64,000 bases of DNA from the NCBI GenBank assembly GCA_965197745.1, contig CBDANS010000007.1, positions 1,728,001-1,792,000 on the forward strand, read 5' to 3'. The stretch is from Opitutales bacterium (lineage in GTDB: Bacteria > Verrucomicrobiota > Verrucomicrobiia > Opitutales > PNEW01). Each line of letters opens with the position of its first letter. Positions within the stretch are counted from its first letter, which is position 1. Below the pieces are notes generated by a model that did not search any database, was not told where the DNA came from, and saw only the letters and a program-made list of their open reading frames with translations. Shown in pieces: positions 51,894 to 61,832 of this stretch. The translations under genes and the position numbers were made by a program.

Positions 51894-52763
51894 ATGAACC
51901 TAATATCCGTATTAAAAAAATATCCTACTCAACAAGCTTGCATCGACCATTTAGAGGTTGTCAGGTGGAAAGGAAAACCGTGTTGTCCGCACTGTGAAAG
52001 CGATCATGTAGCGCGTAAGAAGGAAAAAAAGAGAGTTGGCCGATGGAACTGCCACGATTGCCAGAACAGCTTTAACGTGCTTTCAGGGACAGTATTTCAG
52101 GGAACTCACGTCCCGCTTCAAAAATGGTTCCTTGCAATTGCGTTGATGGTAAATGCAAAGAAAAGCTTATCGAGTTGCCAGTTGGCTCGCGATCTGGAAC
52201 TAAATCAAATGTCTTGCTGGTATATGCAACAGCGTATTCGTGCGGCTATAGCAAGCAAGGAGCGTCGTTTCCTGAATGGTGTAGTTGAAATGGACGAAAC
52301 TTATATCGGTGGGAAGCCACGACGCAGTAAGGACGATGATGACCTTCCAAAGCGTGGTAGGGGAACCAAGAAAACTCCTGTTATAGGCGCGGTAGAGCGT
52401 GGTGGTAAAGTTATAGCCAAAGTTGTCGATGATCTGAGCAGATTTGGTGTACTACGTTTTATTAACAGCGCAACCGATGCTGATGAGACTATCTTAGTTA
52501 CCGATGAATTTCCCGCATACAAGATTCTCGATAATCTCTTGGCTAGGGTCACTATCAATCACAGTGAGAGCTATGTAGACGGTGATGTTCACACCAACTC
52601 AATAGAAGGGTTTTGGTCTCACTTGAAACGTGCTTGGTTTGGTCAGCACCACCATTATAAAAAGCTTTACATGCCTTTATACATCGCTGAGGCATGCTGG
52701 AAGTATAATCAACGGGAACGCAATGACGGATTCAGTGCATTCCTTAATATGGCGATGAATTGA
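51894..52763 (+). CDS. IS1595-family DDE transposase, apparently intact
   Basis: AGGAG RBS; CPHC...CHDC Zn ribbon, EMDETY, VTDEF, HTNSIEGFW and YIAEACWKYN motifs. Confidence 0.92.
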   Translation: MNLISVLKKYPTQQACIDHLEVVRWKGKPCCPHCESDHVARKKEKKRVGRWNCHDCQNSFNVLSGTVFQGTHVPLQKWFLAIALMVNAKKSLSSCQLARDLELNQMSCWYMQQRIRAAIASKERRFLNGVVEMDETYIGGKPRRSKDDDDLPKRGRGTKKTPVIGAVERGGKVIAKVVDDLSRFGVLRFINSATDADETILVTDEFPAYKILDNLLARVTINHSESYVDGDVHTNSIEGFWSHLKRAWFGQHHHYKKLYMPLYIAEACWKYNQRERNDGFSAFLNMAMN

Positions 52764-52777
52764 AAGGAATTAATACA

Positions 52778-53097
52778 ATGACAGAAGAAGAGAAAGATCG
52801 TGAGATTGGTAAAATGTATCGCGAACATGGAGAACAAAAAAATCACTTGAAATGCCTTAGATCAAAGGCAAGATCAATGAAGCAAACTATATAGATGGGG
52901 TTAGCAATCTGCTTGACGAGCGTCCCTTTAATTACGCCGTGGGAAGAGGGAAATTATTGTATTTCGTGCCAGGAACAGGTGGGGCGCGTAAGGAAATTTC
53001 TTGGGCTTCCGAAGAAGAACTTTGCCAGCTAATAGAAGAGATTGATTCGACGAAGCAGAGAATTGATGAGCTTAAAAATGAGTTGGGTCTAGATTGA
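52778..53097 (+). pseudogene. About 105-aa coiled-coil passenger protein, frameshifted at TATATA (52888-52893)
   Basis: AAGGA RBS; MTEEEKDREIGKMYREH...KQTI continues in a shifted frame as DGVSNLLDERP...LIEEIDSTKQRIDELKNELGLD*. Confidence 0.6.
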
Positions 53098-53155
53098 AGC
53101 GCGTATTAAACATCAAGCCCAAATCTATTAATTACCAAAGAAATATATGCCCCAA

Positions 53156-53181
53156 TTGGATTCCTTTTGAAAGGAGTCCAA
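53156..53181 (+). terminator. Stem-loop over the original stop codon of the IS-clipped gene
   Basis: TTGGATTCCTT-TTGA-AAGGAGTCCAA with one G-U pair; only a weak U tail (TCTT). Confidence 0.4.
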
Positions 53182-53239
53182 TCTTGCAAATATTCCCGAT
53201 TGATCTTTTCGGGTATGGGCTTATTAGTTCTGAGGGATT

Positions 53240-54145
53240 ATGTCGATAGGTCTATTCTTTTCAGGGCAGGGCTCACAAAAAATTGGGATGGGAGCAAGCC
53301 TGTATGAAAACTCGGCAGTGGCAAAAGATTTGTATGAAGAAGCCGCTAATATCCTGGATTGGGATCTAGCCAAAATATCTTTTGAAGGCCCAGAGGATCT
53401 TCTTATGGAAACGAGGATCTGCCAACCCGCACTCTTTGTCTGCGGGTATGCGATTTACAAATTATTGCACGATTCCGGTAAATTAGAAGACTTAAAGGTG
53501 GTGCTAGGATTAAGTTTGGGAGAGATAACAGCACATGCCGCAGCGGGAACTTTTGATTTTGCTTCAGGGCTTAAAATAGTAGCTGAACGCGCTCGATTGA
53601 TGCAGATGGCTTGCGAATTAACAGATGGCGCCATGGCCAGTCTCATTGGAGGGAATAGTGAATCCATCGCTGAGCTATGCGCAAAATATGACGTAGAAAT
53701 TGCCAACTTTAATAGCCCCGGGCAAACCGTTATATCGGGTGAAATAAAAAAAATTGAAGCAGCGGTTGAAGCGGCGAGTGATGGCGAATTTCGCATGGTC
53801 GTGCCTCTTAAAGTTGCCGGAGCTTATCACAGCCGATTAATGAATTCAGCAGCGGAAAAATTTGAAAACTACTTGAAGAACTACACATTCAATGAACCAG
53901 CAGTTAAAGTTTTATCGAATACCACGGGTAAAGCGGTATCTGGTCCCGAGGAGGTTGCTGATTTATTGGTTAAACAGATCGTTACTCCAGTCCAGTGGGT
54001 CAACTGTATGCGGTATGCCGCCGCTGAGGGTGTTACTCAATTTTTTGAATGCGGTCCGGGAAAGGTCCTGACCGGGTTGGCGCGGCGGACGGAAAAATCC
54101 TGGAAAGTGTCAAGTCGCTATGAGTACTCTGATATAATCCTTTAA
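53240..54145 (+). CDS. fabD: Malonyl-CoA:ACP transacylase
   Basis: FSGQGSQ, QPAL, GLSLGE, GAYHS and ECGPG motifs. Confidence 0.95.
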   Translation: MSIGLFFSGQGSQKIGMGASLYENSAVAKDLYEEAANILDWDLAKISFEGPEDLLMETRICQPALFVCGYAIYKLLHDSGKLEDLKVVLGLSLGEITAHAAAGTFDFASGLKIVAERARLMQMACELTDGAMASLIGGNSESIAELCAKYDVEIANFNSPGQTVISGEIKKIEAAVEAASDGEFRMVVPLKVAGAYHSRLMNSAAEKFENYLKNYTFNEPAVKVLSNTTGKAVSGPEEVADLLVKQIVTPVQWVNCMRYAAAEGVTQFFECGPGKVLTGLARRTEKSWKVSSRYEYSDIIL

Positions 54146-54230
54146 TCTTGAATATAATTATATATGAATTCGCAGCGCAGTATTTTAAGCGATATACGCT
54201 AAATTTTGCCCCATCTATAAATTCCCCTAT

Positions 54231-56030
54231 ATGTCAAATTTAAGAGAAACTAGAAATTTTTGTATTATTGCTCACATCGACCATGGGAAAACTACGCTCT
54301 CTGATCGTCTCTTAGAAATGACGCAGTCGATTGAGCAACGTCTGATGAAAGAACAGTTGCTTGATTCCATGGACTTGGAACGCGAGCGAGGCATCACGAT
54401 CAAGAGCCATCCTGTAACGATGTCTCATCATGGGCGCGATGGTAAAAATTATTCTTTAAATCTTATCGATACCCCAGGGCATGTTGATTTTTCTTACGAA
54501 GTTTCGCGAAGCCTGGCAGCTTGTGAAGGAGCTCTACTGCTAGTTGATGCGGCGCAAGGCGTAGAGGCCCAAACAGTAGCGAATGCACAACTGGCGATTG
54601 AGCAACACCTCACTGTAATTCCAATAATTAATAAGATTGATCTGCCCAATGCAGACGTGCCTGGGGCGAAAAGCCAAATTGAAGAAATTCTGGCCATACC
54701 CGCTGAGGACACCCTTCAGGCCAGCGCGAAAAAAGGGGTAGGCATCGAGGATATCCTTCATGCTGTAGTGTCACGAATTCCTCGACCACGGTGGATGGAT
54801 TATCCCCAAACACGGGTGCTGATTTTTGACAGTATTTTCGACACCTTTAAAGGTGTCATTTGCTTTGTTCGCGTTTTTTCCGGCTCCCTCAAAAGTGGGG
54901 ATACGATACTCATGATGAACGATATGCGTAAGGCCGAAATAAAGGAAGTAGGGTGGTTTTCTCCAAATATGCAAGTTAGCGACCAACTCACTGCTGGAAG
55001 TGTTGGTTATATCGTTACCAACATTAAAGACGTTTCTGATATTAGAATAGGGGACACTGTTACGCATTCAAATGAACCGGCAGCGGAAATGCTCCCCGGT
55101 TATAAAGAAGTAAGACCAATGGTCTACAGTGGGATATATCCCCTGGATACCGGTGATTATGTTAAACTTAAGACAAGTATGGGGAAATTGCGCCTGAATG
55201 ATGCCGCTTTCATTTACCAGCAGGAAAATTCAGCGGCTTTGGGTTTTGGCTTTCGCTGCGGTTTCCTCGGGTTACTCCATATGGAAATTGTTATGGAGCG
55301 AATTAGGCGTGAGTACGATCTTGATATAATCTCTACCTATCCGAGTGTTATTTATAAAATAAAGACAAACCGTGGAGATGAAATTGAAATAGAAAATCCG
55401 CTTTCATTTCCGGATCCCACAGAAATTGCGTCCATCCTTGAACCGACAATTCTCGCTATTATCCATACTCCAAATGAATTTATTGGTGATATTTTAAATA
55501 TAGTTATGGAGAAAAGAGGTTCCTGCGATCATACCGAAACGCTCGATCAAAATAGGGTCATATTGCATTGCCTCCTTCCGTTAAATGAAATCCTTGTCGA
55601 TTTCAACGACCGCTTGAAGAGCATTACGCGCGGTTATGGGTCCATGGATTATGAGTATGGTGATTTTGTCGAAGCAGACCTGGTTAAACTGGATATTCTG
55701 GTAAACGACGAGCCGGTCGAAGCATTTTCTTCAATCTGTCATCGGGGCAAAGCTGAATACAAGGGGAGAGCGCTTTGTGAAAAGCTCAAGGAAATCATCC
55801 CACGTCAACTTTATAAAATCGCTATTCAGGCCGCGGTGGGAGGAAAAATCATCGCGCGTGAAACACTGGGAGCAATGCGTAAAGATGTTACCGCTAAATG
55901 CTATGGGGGAGATATATCACGCAAGCGAAAGCTGCTTGATAAACAGAAAGAGGGTAAAAAAAGAATGAAGCAGATTGGTGATGTCGCTATACCGCAAGAC
56001 GCCTTTATCAAAGTATTGAAATCCAGTTAA
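54231..56030 (+). CDS. lepA: Elongation factor 4
   Basis: AHIDHGKTT, DTPGHVDF, GFRCGFLGLLH and KCYGGDISRKRKLL motifs. Confidence 0.98.
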   Translation: MSNLRETRNFCIIAHIDHGKTTLSDRLLEMTQSIEQRLMKEQLLDSMDLERERGITIKSHPVTMSHHGRDGKNYSLNLIDTPGHVDFSYEVSRSLAACEGALLLVDAAQGVEAQTVANAQLAIEQHLTVIPIINKIDLPNADVPGAKSQIEEILAIPAEDTLQASAKKGVGIEDILHAVVSRIPRPRWMDYPQTRVLIFDSIFDTFKGVICFVRVFSGSLKSGDTILMMNDMRKAEIKEVGWFSPNMQVSDQLTAGSVGYIVTNIKDVSDIRIGDTVTHSNEPAAEMLPGYKEVRPMVYSGIYPLDTGDYVKLKTSMGKLRLNDAAFIYQQENSAALGFGFRCGFLGLLHMEIVMERIRREYDLDIISTYPSVIYKIKTNRGDEIEIENPLSFPDPTEIASILEPTILAIIHTPNEFIGDILNIVMEKRGSCDHTETLDQNRVILHCLLPLNEILVDFNDRLKSITRGYGSMDYEYGDFVEADLVKLDILVNDEPVEAFSSICHRGKAEYKGRALCEKLKEIIPRQLYKIAIQAAVGGKIIARETLGAMRKDVTAKCYGGDISRKRKLLDKQKEGKKRMKQIGDVAIPQDAFIKVLKSS

Positions 56031-56080
56031 GAAGAATATTATAACGATTAACACAAAGAGATAATATTAAAGAGAGTAAG

Positions 56081-57361
56081 GTGAAGAACGGAAAGGTAAG
56101 AAAGCTTGTTAAAGATGCAGGCTACTGGCTGCGCTTAGCGAGCAAAGTATATAATTACAGGCATGACATATTAAATGAAAAGCAGCTTAAGCTGTTACAG
56201 GCTGCTTCCCATGAATTAGAGCTATCAGCAAATCAGCAGCCTGCAGAAGAAAAAAAACTAAGGCAATCAACTGACAATCTAAAAAAAATACTTAAAAGCA
56301 CGGGTGGCAGCTTTTTTCGGCGTAGCAGTTGGGCGGAAAATGTGGAAACTTTCCTGGTTGTAGCCATTCTCGCCATAGGCGTTCGCACCTTTTTTTTTCA
56401 ACCCTTTAAAATTCCCACGAATTCAATGTATCCCACCTATAACGGGATGACTTTTAAAGTATATGGAGAAAATAAGAGTAAGCCTCATATAGCGAAGCGA
56501 ATAGGGAATTGGATCCTTTTTGGAGCAACACATTATGAGGTATCGGCTCCGGCCTCGGGTGAACTGCTCCTTCCTCTGTTCAGCCAGGATGAACTTGGAG
56601 AATTTTATGGATATTTTAAAAACGAACGCGCTAGGCGGCGAAGTTTGTTGTTCTTCCTTGGTCCACGGCGGGAATACACTTTTTTTATAGATAAAACCGA
56701 GGTGAATCTATCGGTCCCTGCAGATTTTTCTGTCTACAAAGTTCTTCGTGAAAAATTTGCCCCTGAGAGTTTGAATATGTCGGATTGGCTTACTGCTAAA
56801 GGAAGAAATGGCAGTATTATCTATGAATCGGGTATACCCCTGCTAAAAACGGGCGCCTTCTTCAAAAAAGGGGATACGGTCCTTGCCTTTGATATCCTGA
56901 CCGGTGACGCCCTCTTTGTGGATAGGTTAAGTTATAATTTTTCACGCCCCAAGATCGGAGACCCCTTCGTTTTTCGGACAAGAAATATACCTGAACTAAC
57001 ACGCATGAACGGCGGCCAGCCGGATGACAAATATTATATTAAACGGCTCGTAGGTAAAGGCGGTGATACTCTTGAAATCAAAGAATCGGTCCTCTTGAGA
57101 AATGGGGATCCAATTGAAGGAGCCGATGCTTTTGTCAAAAATGCAAACCGCACAGATGAATATGAAGGGTACACTAATATCCGTCGATTAAGCAGCCAAT
57201 CCAAGGAAAATATTCCCCAAGATCATTATTATGCCATGGGGGATAACTCGGATGAAAGTTCAGATAGCCGCTATTTCGGTTATGTTCCCAGCCGGGAGGT
57301 AGTAGGTAAGGCTATTTTCATTTATTATCCCTTTAGCAATAACTGGGGCTCCGCTGAATAA
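56081..57361 (+). CDS. lepB: Signal peptidase I
   Basis: FKIPTNSMYPT, YIKRLVG and MGDNSDESSDSRYFG motifs; follows lepA. Confidence 0.93.
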   Translation: MKNGKVRKLVKDAGYWLRLASKVYNYRHDILNEKQLKLLQAASHELELSANQQPAEEKKLRQSTDNLKKILKSTGGSFFRRSSWAENVETFLVVAILAIGVRTFFFQPFKIPTNSMYPTYNGMTFKVYGENKSKPHIAKRIGNWILFGATHYEVSAPASGELLLPLFSQDELGEFYGYFKNERARRRSLLFFLGPRREYTFFIDKTEVNLSVPADFSVYKVLREKFAPESLNMSDWLTAKGRNGSIIYESGIPLLKTGAFFKKGDTVLAFDILTGDALFVDRLSYNFSRPKIGDPFVFRTRNIPELTRMNGGQPDDKYYIKRLVGKGGDTLEIKESVLLRNGDPIEGADAFVKNANRTDEYEGYTNIRRLSSQSKENIPQDHYYAMGDNSDESSDSRYFGYVPSREVVGKAIFIYYPFSNNWGSAE

Positions 57362-57488
57362 ATACTCTAAATTGCACGTATCCCAGTATTTCCCTCACCC
57401 TTTGCTATTCGCACAATATACATTATGTCTAATTATCTAAAATCAGGGTATACTCCTATAACAAACTGTTAAGCTTAATTATAAGGCC

Positions 57489-59012
57489 ATGCCTACCCCA
57501 TTATTCTCATGGTTAAAAGAAAGAGGTGCGGGAGTATTGCTCCACCCGACTTCATTACCTGGGAGCACTGGAATAGGTACTTTTGGGAATGAAGCGATTG
57601 ATTTTATTGAGTTTTTGCGCAACAGCGGAATCACCTATTGGCAAATATGTCCTTTGGGGCCAACCGGGTATGGCGACTCACCCTATCAGAGTTTTTCCGC
57701 GTTTGCGGGAAACCCCTACCTTATTGATTTGGATTCATTAATACCCCTGGGGTTGTTAAAAGCTGGTGATTTGAAAGACTTGCGAAGCTTATCACTCGAT
57801 TCGGTGGATTTTGGGCGACAATATTTTTTGCGATGGCCCGTATTGCGATTAGCCTTCAAACAGTTTTTGAGGAAAAAAAATGAAATATCAGAATATGGCA
57901 GTTATAAACAGTTTAAGAAGGATAATACCTCTTGGTTATATCCCTTTGCCTGTTTTATGGCTCTGAAGGGATATTTTAAAGGTAAATCATGGCAGGATTG
58001 GGATTCAGCTTACCGCTCATATGAACGCGCAAAAAACAGTTCCCTTCTCAAAAATCTTTCGGAAAATATCGAGGCCCACCAGTTTTTCCAGTACCTGTTT
58101 TTTGGACAATGGCGATGTCTGAAGAAGTTTGCTAATCAAAACGGGGTTTCGGTTATCGGGGATCTGCCGCTCTATGTATCTCTGGATAGCGCAGATGTAT
58201 GGACTCACCCTGAATTATTCCAACTTGATAAGAACGATAAACCAGCAGCTGTAGCTGGTGTCCCAGGAGATTATTTTTCACCCACGGGACAGCTTTGGGG
58301 GAATCCTCTCTATAATTGGAAAGAATTAAAATCCAATGACTATTCGTGGTGGATGCATCGGATAGATCACAATTTTAAATTATTTGACGTGCTCCGGCTC
58401 GATCATTTCCGAGGCCTGGAATCTTATTGGCGGGTGCCAATAGGATCGGTTGATGCCCGCAATGGCAAGTGGGTTCGGGGGCCTGGACTCGATATATTCA
58501 AAAGGATTAAATCAAAGCTTCCCGAGGCTCGGTTTATCGCCGAGGATCTGGGGATTATCACCCCGCGGGTTAAAGACCTCCTGACCAAAACCGGTCTCCC
58601 GGGAATGAGTATATTGCAATTTGCTTTCGAAAGCGATGAGAAGGATAACTTATATTTGCCACACAACCTGCAGACAAATAGTGTATTTTATCCAGGAACC
58701 CATGACAATAATACAGCCTGGGGTTGGTATCGCTCATCATCGCGGGATATAAAGCATCATCTTCGGCAATATCTTCGTGTCCCGGGTGATGACATAGCAT
58801 GGGACTTTATTCGTGCGGCTTATTCGACAGTTAGTCGGCTTGCTGTTATCCCAATGCAGGATTTGCTGAATTTGGGTATGGAGGCACGTATGAATTATCC
58901 CGGGAAAGCTTTGGGAAACTGGCAATGGCGGTACAAACGTGAACACTTTGACAATTTGTGTCAGACAGGCACAGAATATTTAAAAGAACTTGGTACTATT
59001 TATGGAAGGTAA
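57489..59012 (+). CDS. malQ: 4-alpha-glucanotransferase (amylomaltase, GH77)
   Basis: GVLLHPTSLP, SPYQSFSAFAGN, GQLWGNPLY, RLDHFRG, AEDLG and GTHDN motifs. Confidence 0.96.
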   Translation: MPTPLFSWLKERGAGVLLHPTSLPGSTGIGTFGNEAIDFIEFLRNSGITYWQICPLGPTGYGDSPYQSFSAFAGNPYLIDLDSLIPLGLLKAGDLKDLRSLSLDSVDFGRQYFLRWPVLRLAFKQFLRKKNEISEYGSYKQFKKDNTSWLYPFACFMALKGYFKGKSWQDWDSAYRSYERAKNSSLLKNLSENIEAHQFFQYLFFGQWRCLKKFANQNGVSVIGDLPLYVSLDSADVWTHPELFQLDKNDKPAAVAGVPGDYFSPTGQLWGNPLYNWKELKSNDYSWWMHRIDHNFKLFDVLRLDHFRGLESYWRVPIGSVDARNGKWVRGPGLDIFKRIKSKLPEARFIAEDLGIITPRVKDLLTKTGLPGMSILQFAFESDEKDNLYLPHNLQTNSVFYPGTHDNNTAWGWYRSSSRDIKHHLRQYLRVPGDDIAWDFIRAAYSTVSRLAVIPMQDLLNLGMEARMNYPGKALGNWQWRYKREHFDNLCQTGTEYLKELGTIYGR

Positions 59013-59013
59013 A

Positions 59014-59898
59014 CTACCCTTCCATGCGCTGAAGGAATTTTCGTATTAAGGGCAGAATATCATCGGTGCTATCTTCGAGTACATAATGACCTGCTTCTGA
59101 GAAGCGATGTACCTCGGCCCGAGGGAAGTAGTATAACCACATCTTCAAAAAGTGATGATTAAAGCAGAAATCACGTTCTCCCCAAAATATGGAAATGGGA
59201 TGATCTTTAAATTTAACTAGACCATCTTGAATTTTTTGCATTTGGGCATAGCTGAAATGATGAGGATGCATAGGTATATCTTGAACAAAACGCAATTGAG
59301 CGATCCGATTATGCCAATTATTATAGGGAAAAAGGTATCCCTCTTTAATATTTCCGGTGAGTCCGCCTTTTCTTCCCGAAGCCATAGTTAAAGCACAACG
59401 AGAAAAAAAATTTAAAAGTCGTATAACCACGGGCCCCAAAAAAGGGGCACGGCATATATTAATACGGAAAGGGATCCGGTGAGATAAAAAAGCGGCAGAA
59501 TTAAGGACTATAATTTTTCCTACTCTTTCCGGCATCAATTCTGCTAATCCCATTCCAATGGCAGCGCCCCAGTCATGTATAACGAGATGAAATTGTTTAA
59601 GGTTTAGATCTTCAACAAGCTTGCGCATATTATGAATATGAGTAGTAAGCCTATAAGGATAATCCTGAGGTTTGCTCGATAAACCGCAACCCATGTGATC
59701 GGGTGCGATGCAGCGATACCCATTGCGAAGGTCGAGGACTAGATTGCGATAATAAAATGACCACGTAGGATTTCCATGCATCATGAGCACGACCTCCCCC
59801 TCCCCTTCATCTAAATAATGTAATTTATTATTATCTATATCCAGATAGTTTTTTTTAAATGGATATATTGAGTGTAGCGATTCGGGGATAGTGTGCAT
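59014..59898 (-). CDS. oleB: OleB-like alpha/beta hydrolase (beta-lactone decarboxylase/haloalkane dehalogenase family)
   Basis: HGNPTWS, HDWG (Asp nucleophile) and AGHYVLED motifs; directly after oleA. Confidence 0.75.
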   Translation of the reverse strand: MHTIPESLHSIYPFKKNYLDIDNNKLHYLDEGEGEVVLMMHGNPTWSFYYRNLVLDLRNGYRCIAPDHMGCGLSSKPQDYPYRLTTHIHNMRKLVEDLNLKQFHLVIHDWGAAIGMGLAELMPERVGKIIVLNSAAFLSHRIPFRINICRAPFLGPVVIRLLNFFSRCALTMASGRKGGLTGNIKEGYLFPYNNWHNRIAQLRFVQDIPMHPHHFSYAQMQKIQDGLVKFKDHPISIFWGERDFCFNHHFLKMWLYYFPRAEVHRFSEAGHYVLEDSTDDILPLIRKFLQRMEG

Positions 59899-59905
59899 AT
59901 ACAGG

Positions 59906-60940
59906 TCACATTGATAATGCCATCATCATGCAGCTGAGACCGCTACCGATTCCCAGTAAGGCTGTATTGGATCCAGGTTTCATTAATCCTTTTTCTCTAG
60001 CCATAGCAAGGGTCAAAGGTAGAGAGACGGAACCAACATTGCCCAAAATATCGAAAGTTGAATAATCTTTCTTTAAGTCTAGATTTAACGCTTCATAGAG
60101 CTGCCGTTGATGTGCCCTTCCTACCTGGTGACAAATAGTATTATCAGGTGTCGATTCATCCCACCCTGTTGCCGTTTTAAATTTATCCCATGCGCTTTCG
60201 GCAACACGGATACCGGCAATAAGGAGATTCTCGGAATCTGTTTGCATTTCCAGGGCATCATCGTCGGCCGTATCACCTTCGCATAATTCATTGTGTTGCG
60301 TATCGGTTTCGACTATGGCATTCAATATCCTGGGTGTATCTTCAGAAGCGAGCGAGGCATGGCAAAGTATAAAAGCGACAGCTCCGGCGCCGATTGTTAA
60401 ATTCGCAAAATATGGCTTAATTGAATTTCGATTCAGTTGGGGGTCGAGCAGCCGTTTTATCGTTCGTTCCACAAGGGGCCGTCCATTTTCACCCGCGACA
60501 ATCATAGCTCTGCCGATCTGCGCATTTTGAATCATACTGCTTGCCAGAGTGATGGCATTGAGAAATCCCAGGCAGGCATTGGAAACATCAAATATTTGCG
60601 TGCCCATTCCCAGTCCAAGCTCACGATGAACATATGAAGCGCTGGCGGGTTCCAAGCGGTCTCGGCAAACGGCAGCATGAATGAGCATATCAATTTCTTC
60701 TTTTTTGAATCGCGTTTTGGAAAGAACTTTCTTTCCCGCCAAGGCACTGGCTTGTGAAGGTAATATTGGAAAGTCCCAGAATCGCCTCTCCTTGATACCG
60801 GTCATCATTTCGAGTCGACCAAAGGGAAGCCGTAACCGTTCATAAAGAGGGGCAAGTTTTTTCTCGATATCTTCAGAACTCCAGCATTCAGGAGGGAGAG
60901 CGTAAGCCATCGATTCAAGGCAGACGTCTTCGAACCGCAT
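59906..60940 (-). CDS. oleA: OleA-type acyl-CoA condensing thiolase (KAS III family)
   Basis: RLEPASAS (Glu base), SNACLG (Cys), ICHQVG (His), LGNVGS and LLGIGSGL motifs. Confidence 0.85.
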   Translation of the reverse strand: MRFEDVCLESMAYALPPECWSSEDIEKKLAPLYERLRLPFGRLEMMTGIKERRFWDFPILPSQASALAGKKVLSKTRFKKEEIDMLIHAAVCRDRLEPASASYVHRELGLGMGTQIFDVSNACLGFLNAITLASSMIQNAQIGRAMIVAGENGRPLVERTIKRLLDPQLNRNSIKPYFANLTIGAGAVAFILCHASLASEDTPRILNAIVETDTQHNELCEGDTADDDALEMQTDSENLLIAGIRVAESAWDKFKTATGWDESTPDNTICHQVGRAHQRQLYEALNLDLKKDYSTFDILGNVGSVSLPLTLAMAREKGLMKPGSNTALLGIGSGLSCMMMALSM

Positions 60941-60944
60941 TTTC

Positions 60945-61754
60945 TTATCTGTGGGTGGGACGCATCGCCTGCTCTACCACATCCTTATCAAAATAATTAA
61001 GATCCATACCCGCATTGACGGTGATGCCTTGTCCGTTTATTCCACTCGATCGTTCACTTAAAAGGAATACCGCGGTATCCGCGACTTCTCTCGTCTCTAC
61101 GGCACGTTTGCGAAAAGTGAGTTTTTCCGCGAAGAGGAAATTTTTAAGGTACCCCGGTATTCCTGCCGAGGCGCTTGTTTTTAAAGGAGCCGCATTAATG
61201 GTATTAAAACGAATTTCGGTATCGAGGCTAAAGGATTTAGCAAGATTGCGGACACATCCAGCAAGTGCTGATTTAATTGGTGACATATATCCATAATTTT
61301 CTGCGGTTACCAGATCAGAAGATATCCCAATGGATACGACAGAGGCATTACTAGCCAATAGAGGTTTAAATGCTCGGACTATTTCGACAAGAGAAAAAGC
61401 AGAAATCGCGGTAGCCTGTAAAAAATCCTTTCGTTTCGTCTCGTGAAAAGGTTTAAAACCACCGCTATAATTAGCATAGGCAATTGAATGGACGATCCCA
61501 TGCAGGGGGCCCGAATTCTTTTTTATTTCCTCAGCAATTTTATTTATCTGATCTACCTGTTCAACGTCACAGATGTAAACAGGTTTATTGCCAAGCAGCT
61601 TTGAGATTGTCGTTTTACGTTCATCAGAACGCACACTGTAAATAACTTTTGCTCCTTCCGATTCCAGTATTTCGCTGATGTGCCAGGCGATACTTTTTTT
61701 ATTGGCAACACCAAACACGAGAAAAGTCTTATTTTCTATACCAAGATAACTCAT
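60945..61754 (-). CDS. fabI: Enoyl-ACP reductase (FabI-like SDR)
   Basis: FGVANKKSIAW, VHSIAYA, YGYMSPIK and APLKTSAS motifs. Confidence 0.8.
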   Translation of the reverse strand: MSYLGIENKTFLVFGVANKKSIAWHISEILESEGAKVIYSVRSDERKTTISKLLGNKPVYICDVEQVDQINKIAEEIKKNSGPLHGIVHSIAYANYSGGFKPFHETKRKDFLQATAISAFSLVEIVRAFKPLLASNASVVSIGISSDLVTAENYGYMSPIKSALAGCVRNLAKSFSLDTEIRFNTINAAPLKTSASAGIPGYLKNFLFAEKLTFRKRAVETREVADTAVFLLSERSSGINGQGITVNAGMDLNYFDKDVVEQAMRPTHR

Positions 61755-61832
61755 GCCTGAATATGATTGTAGGGGTAGCTGATAACTCCTTTCAAGGTGT
61801 ATGGTAGGCACCTCAAGCTATATTTGATAACC

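Larger units (their letters stand above)
51824..53136 (+). mobile_element. IS1595-family element, 1313 bp, with one passenger gene
   Basis: 24-bp TIRs GGTAATTAATAGATT(A/T)GGGCTTGA with one mismatch; 8-bp TSD AAAGAAAT at 51816-51823 and 53137-53144. Confidence 0.95.

Noticed and set aside
44163..53136. Composite transposon formed by the two IS1595 elements around ruvA-dapB-dapA-pilT
   Set aside because: The elements have different TIRs and each has its own TSD, so they inserted independently; the enclosed genes are ordinary core genes.
53240..54145. FabD GLSLG instead of GHSLG as an inactivating change
   Set aside because: The catalytic Ser and the GAYHS His are retained, and GLSLG is a natural variant in FabD proteins.
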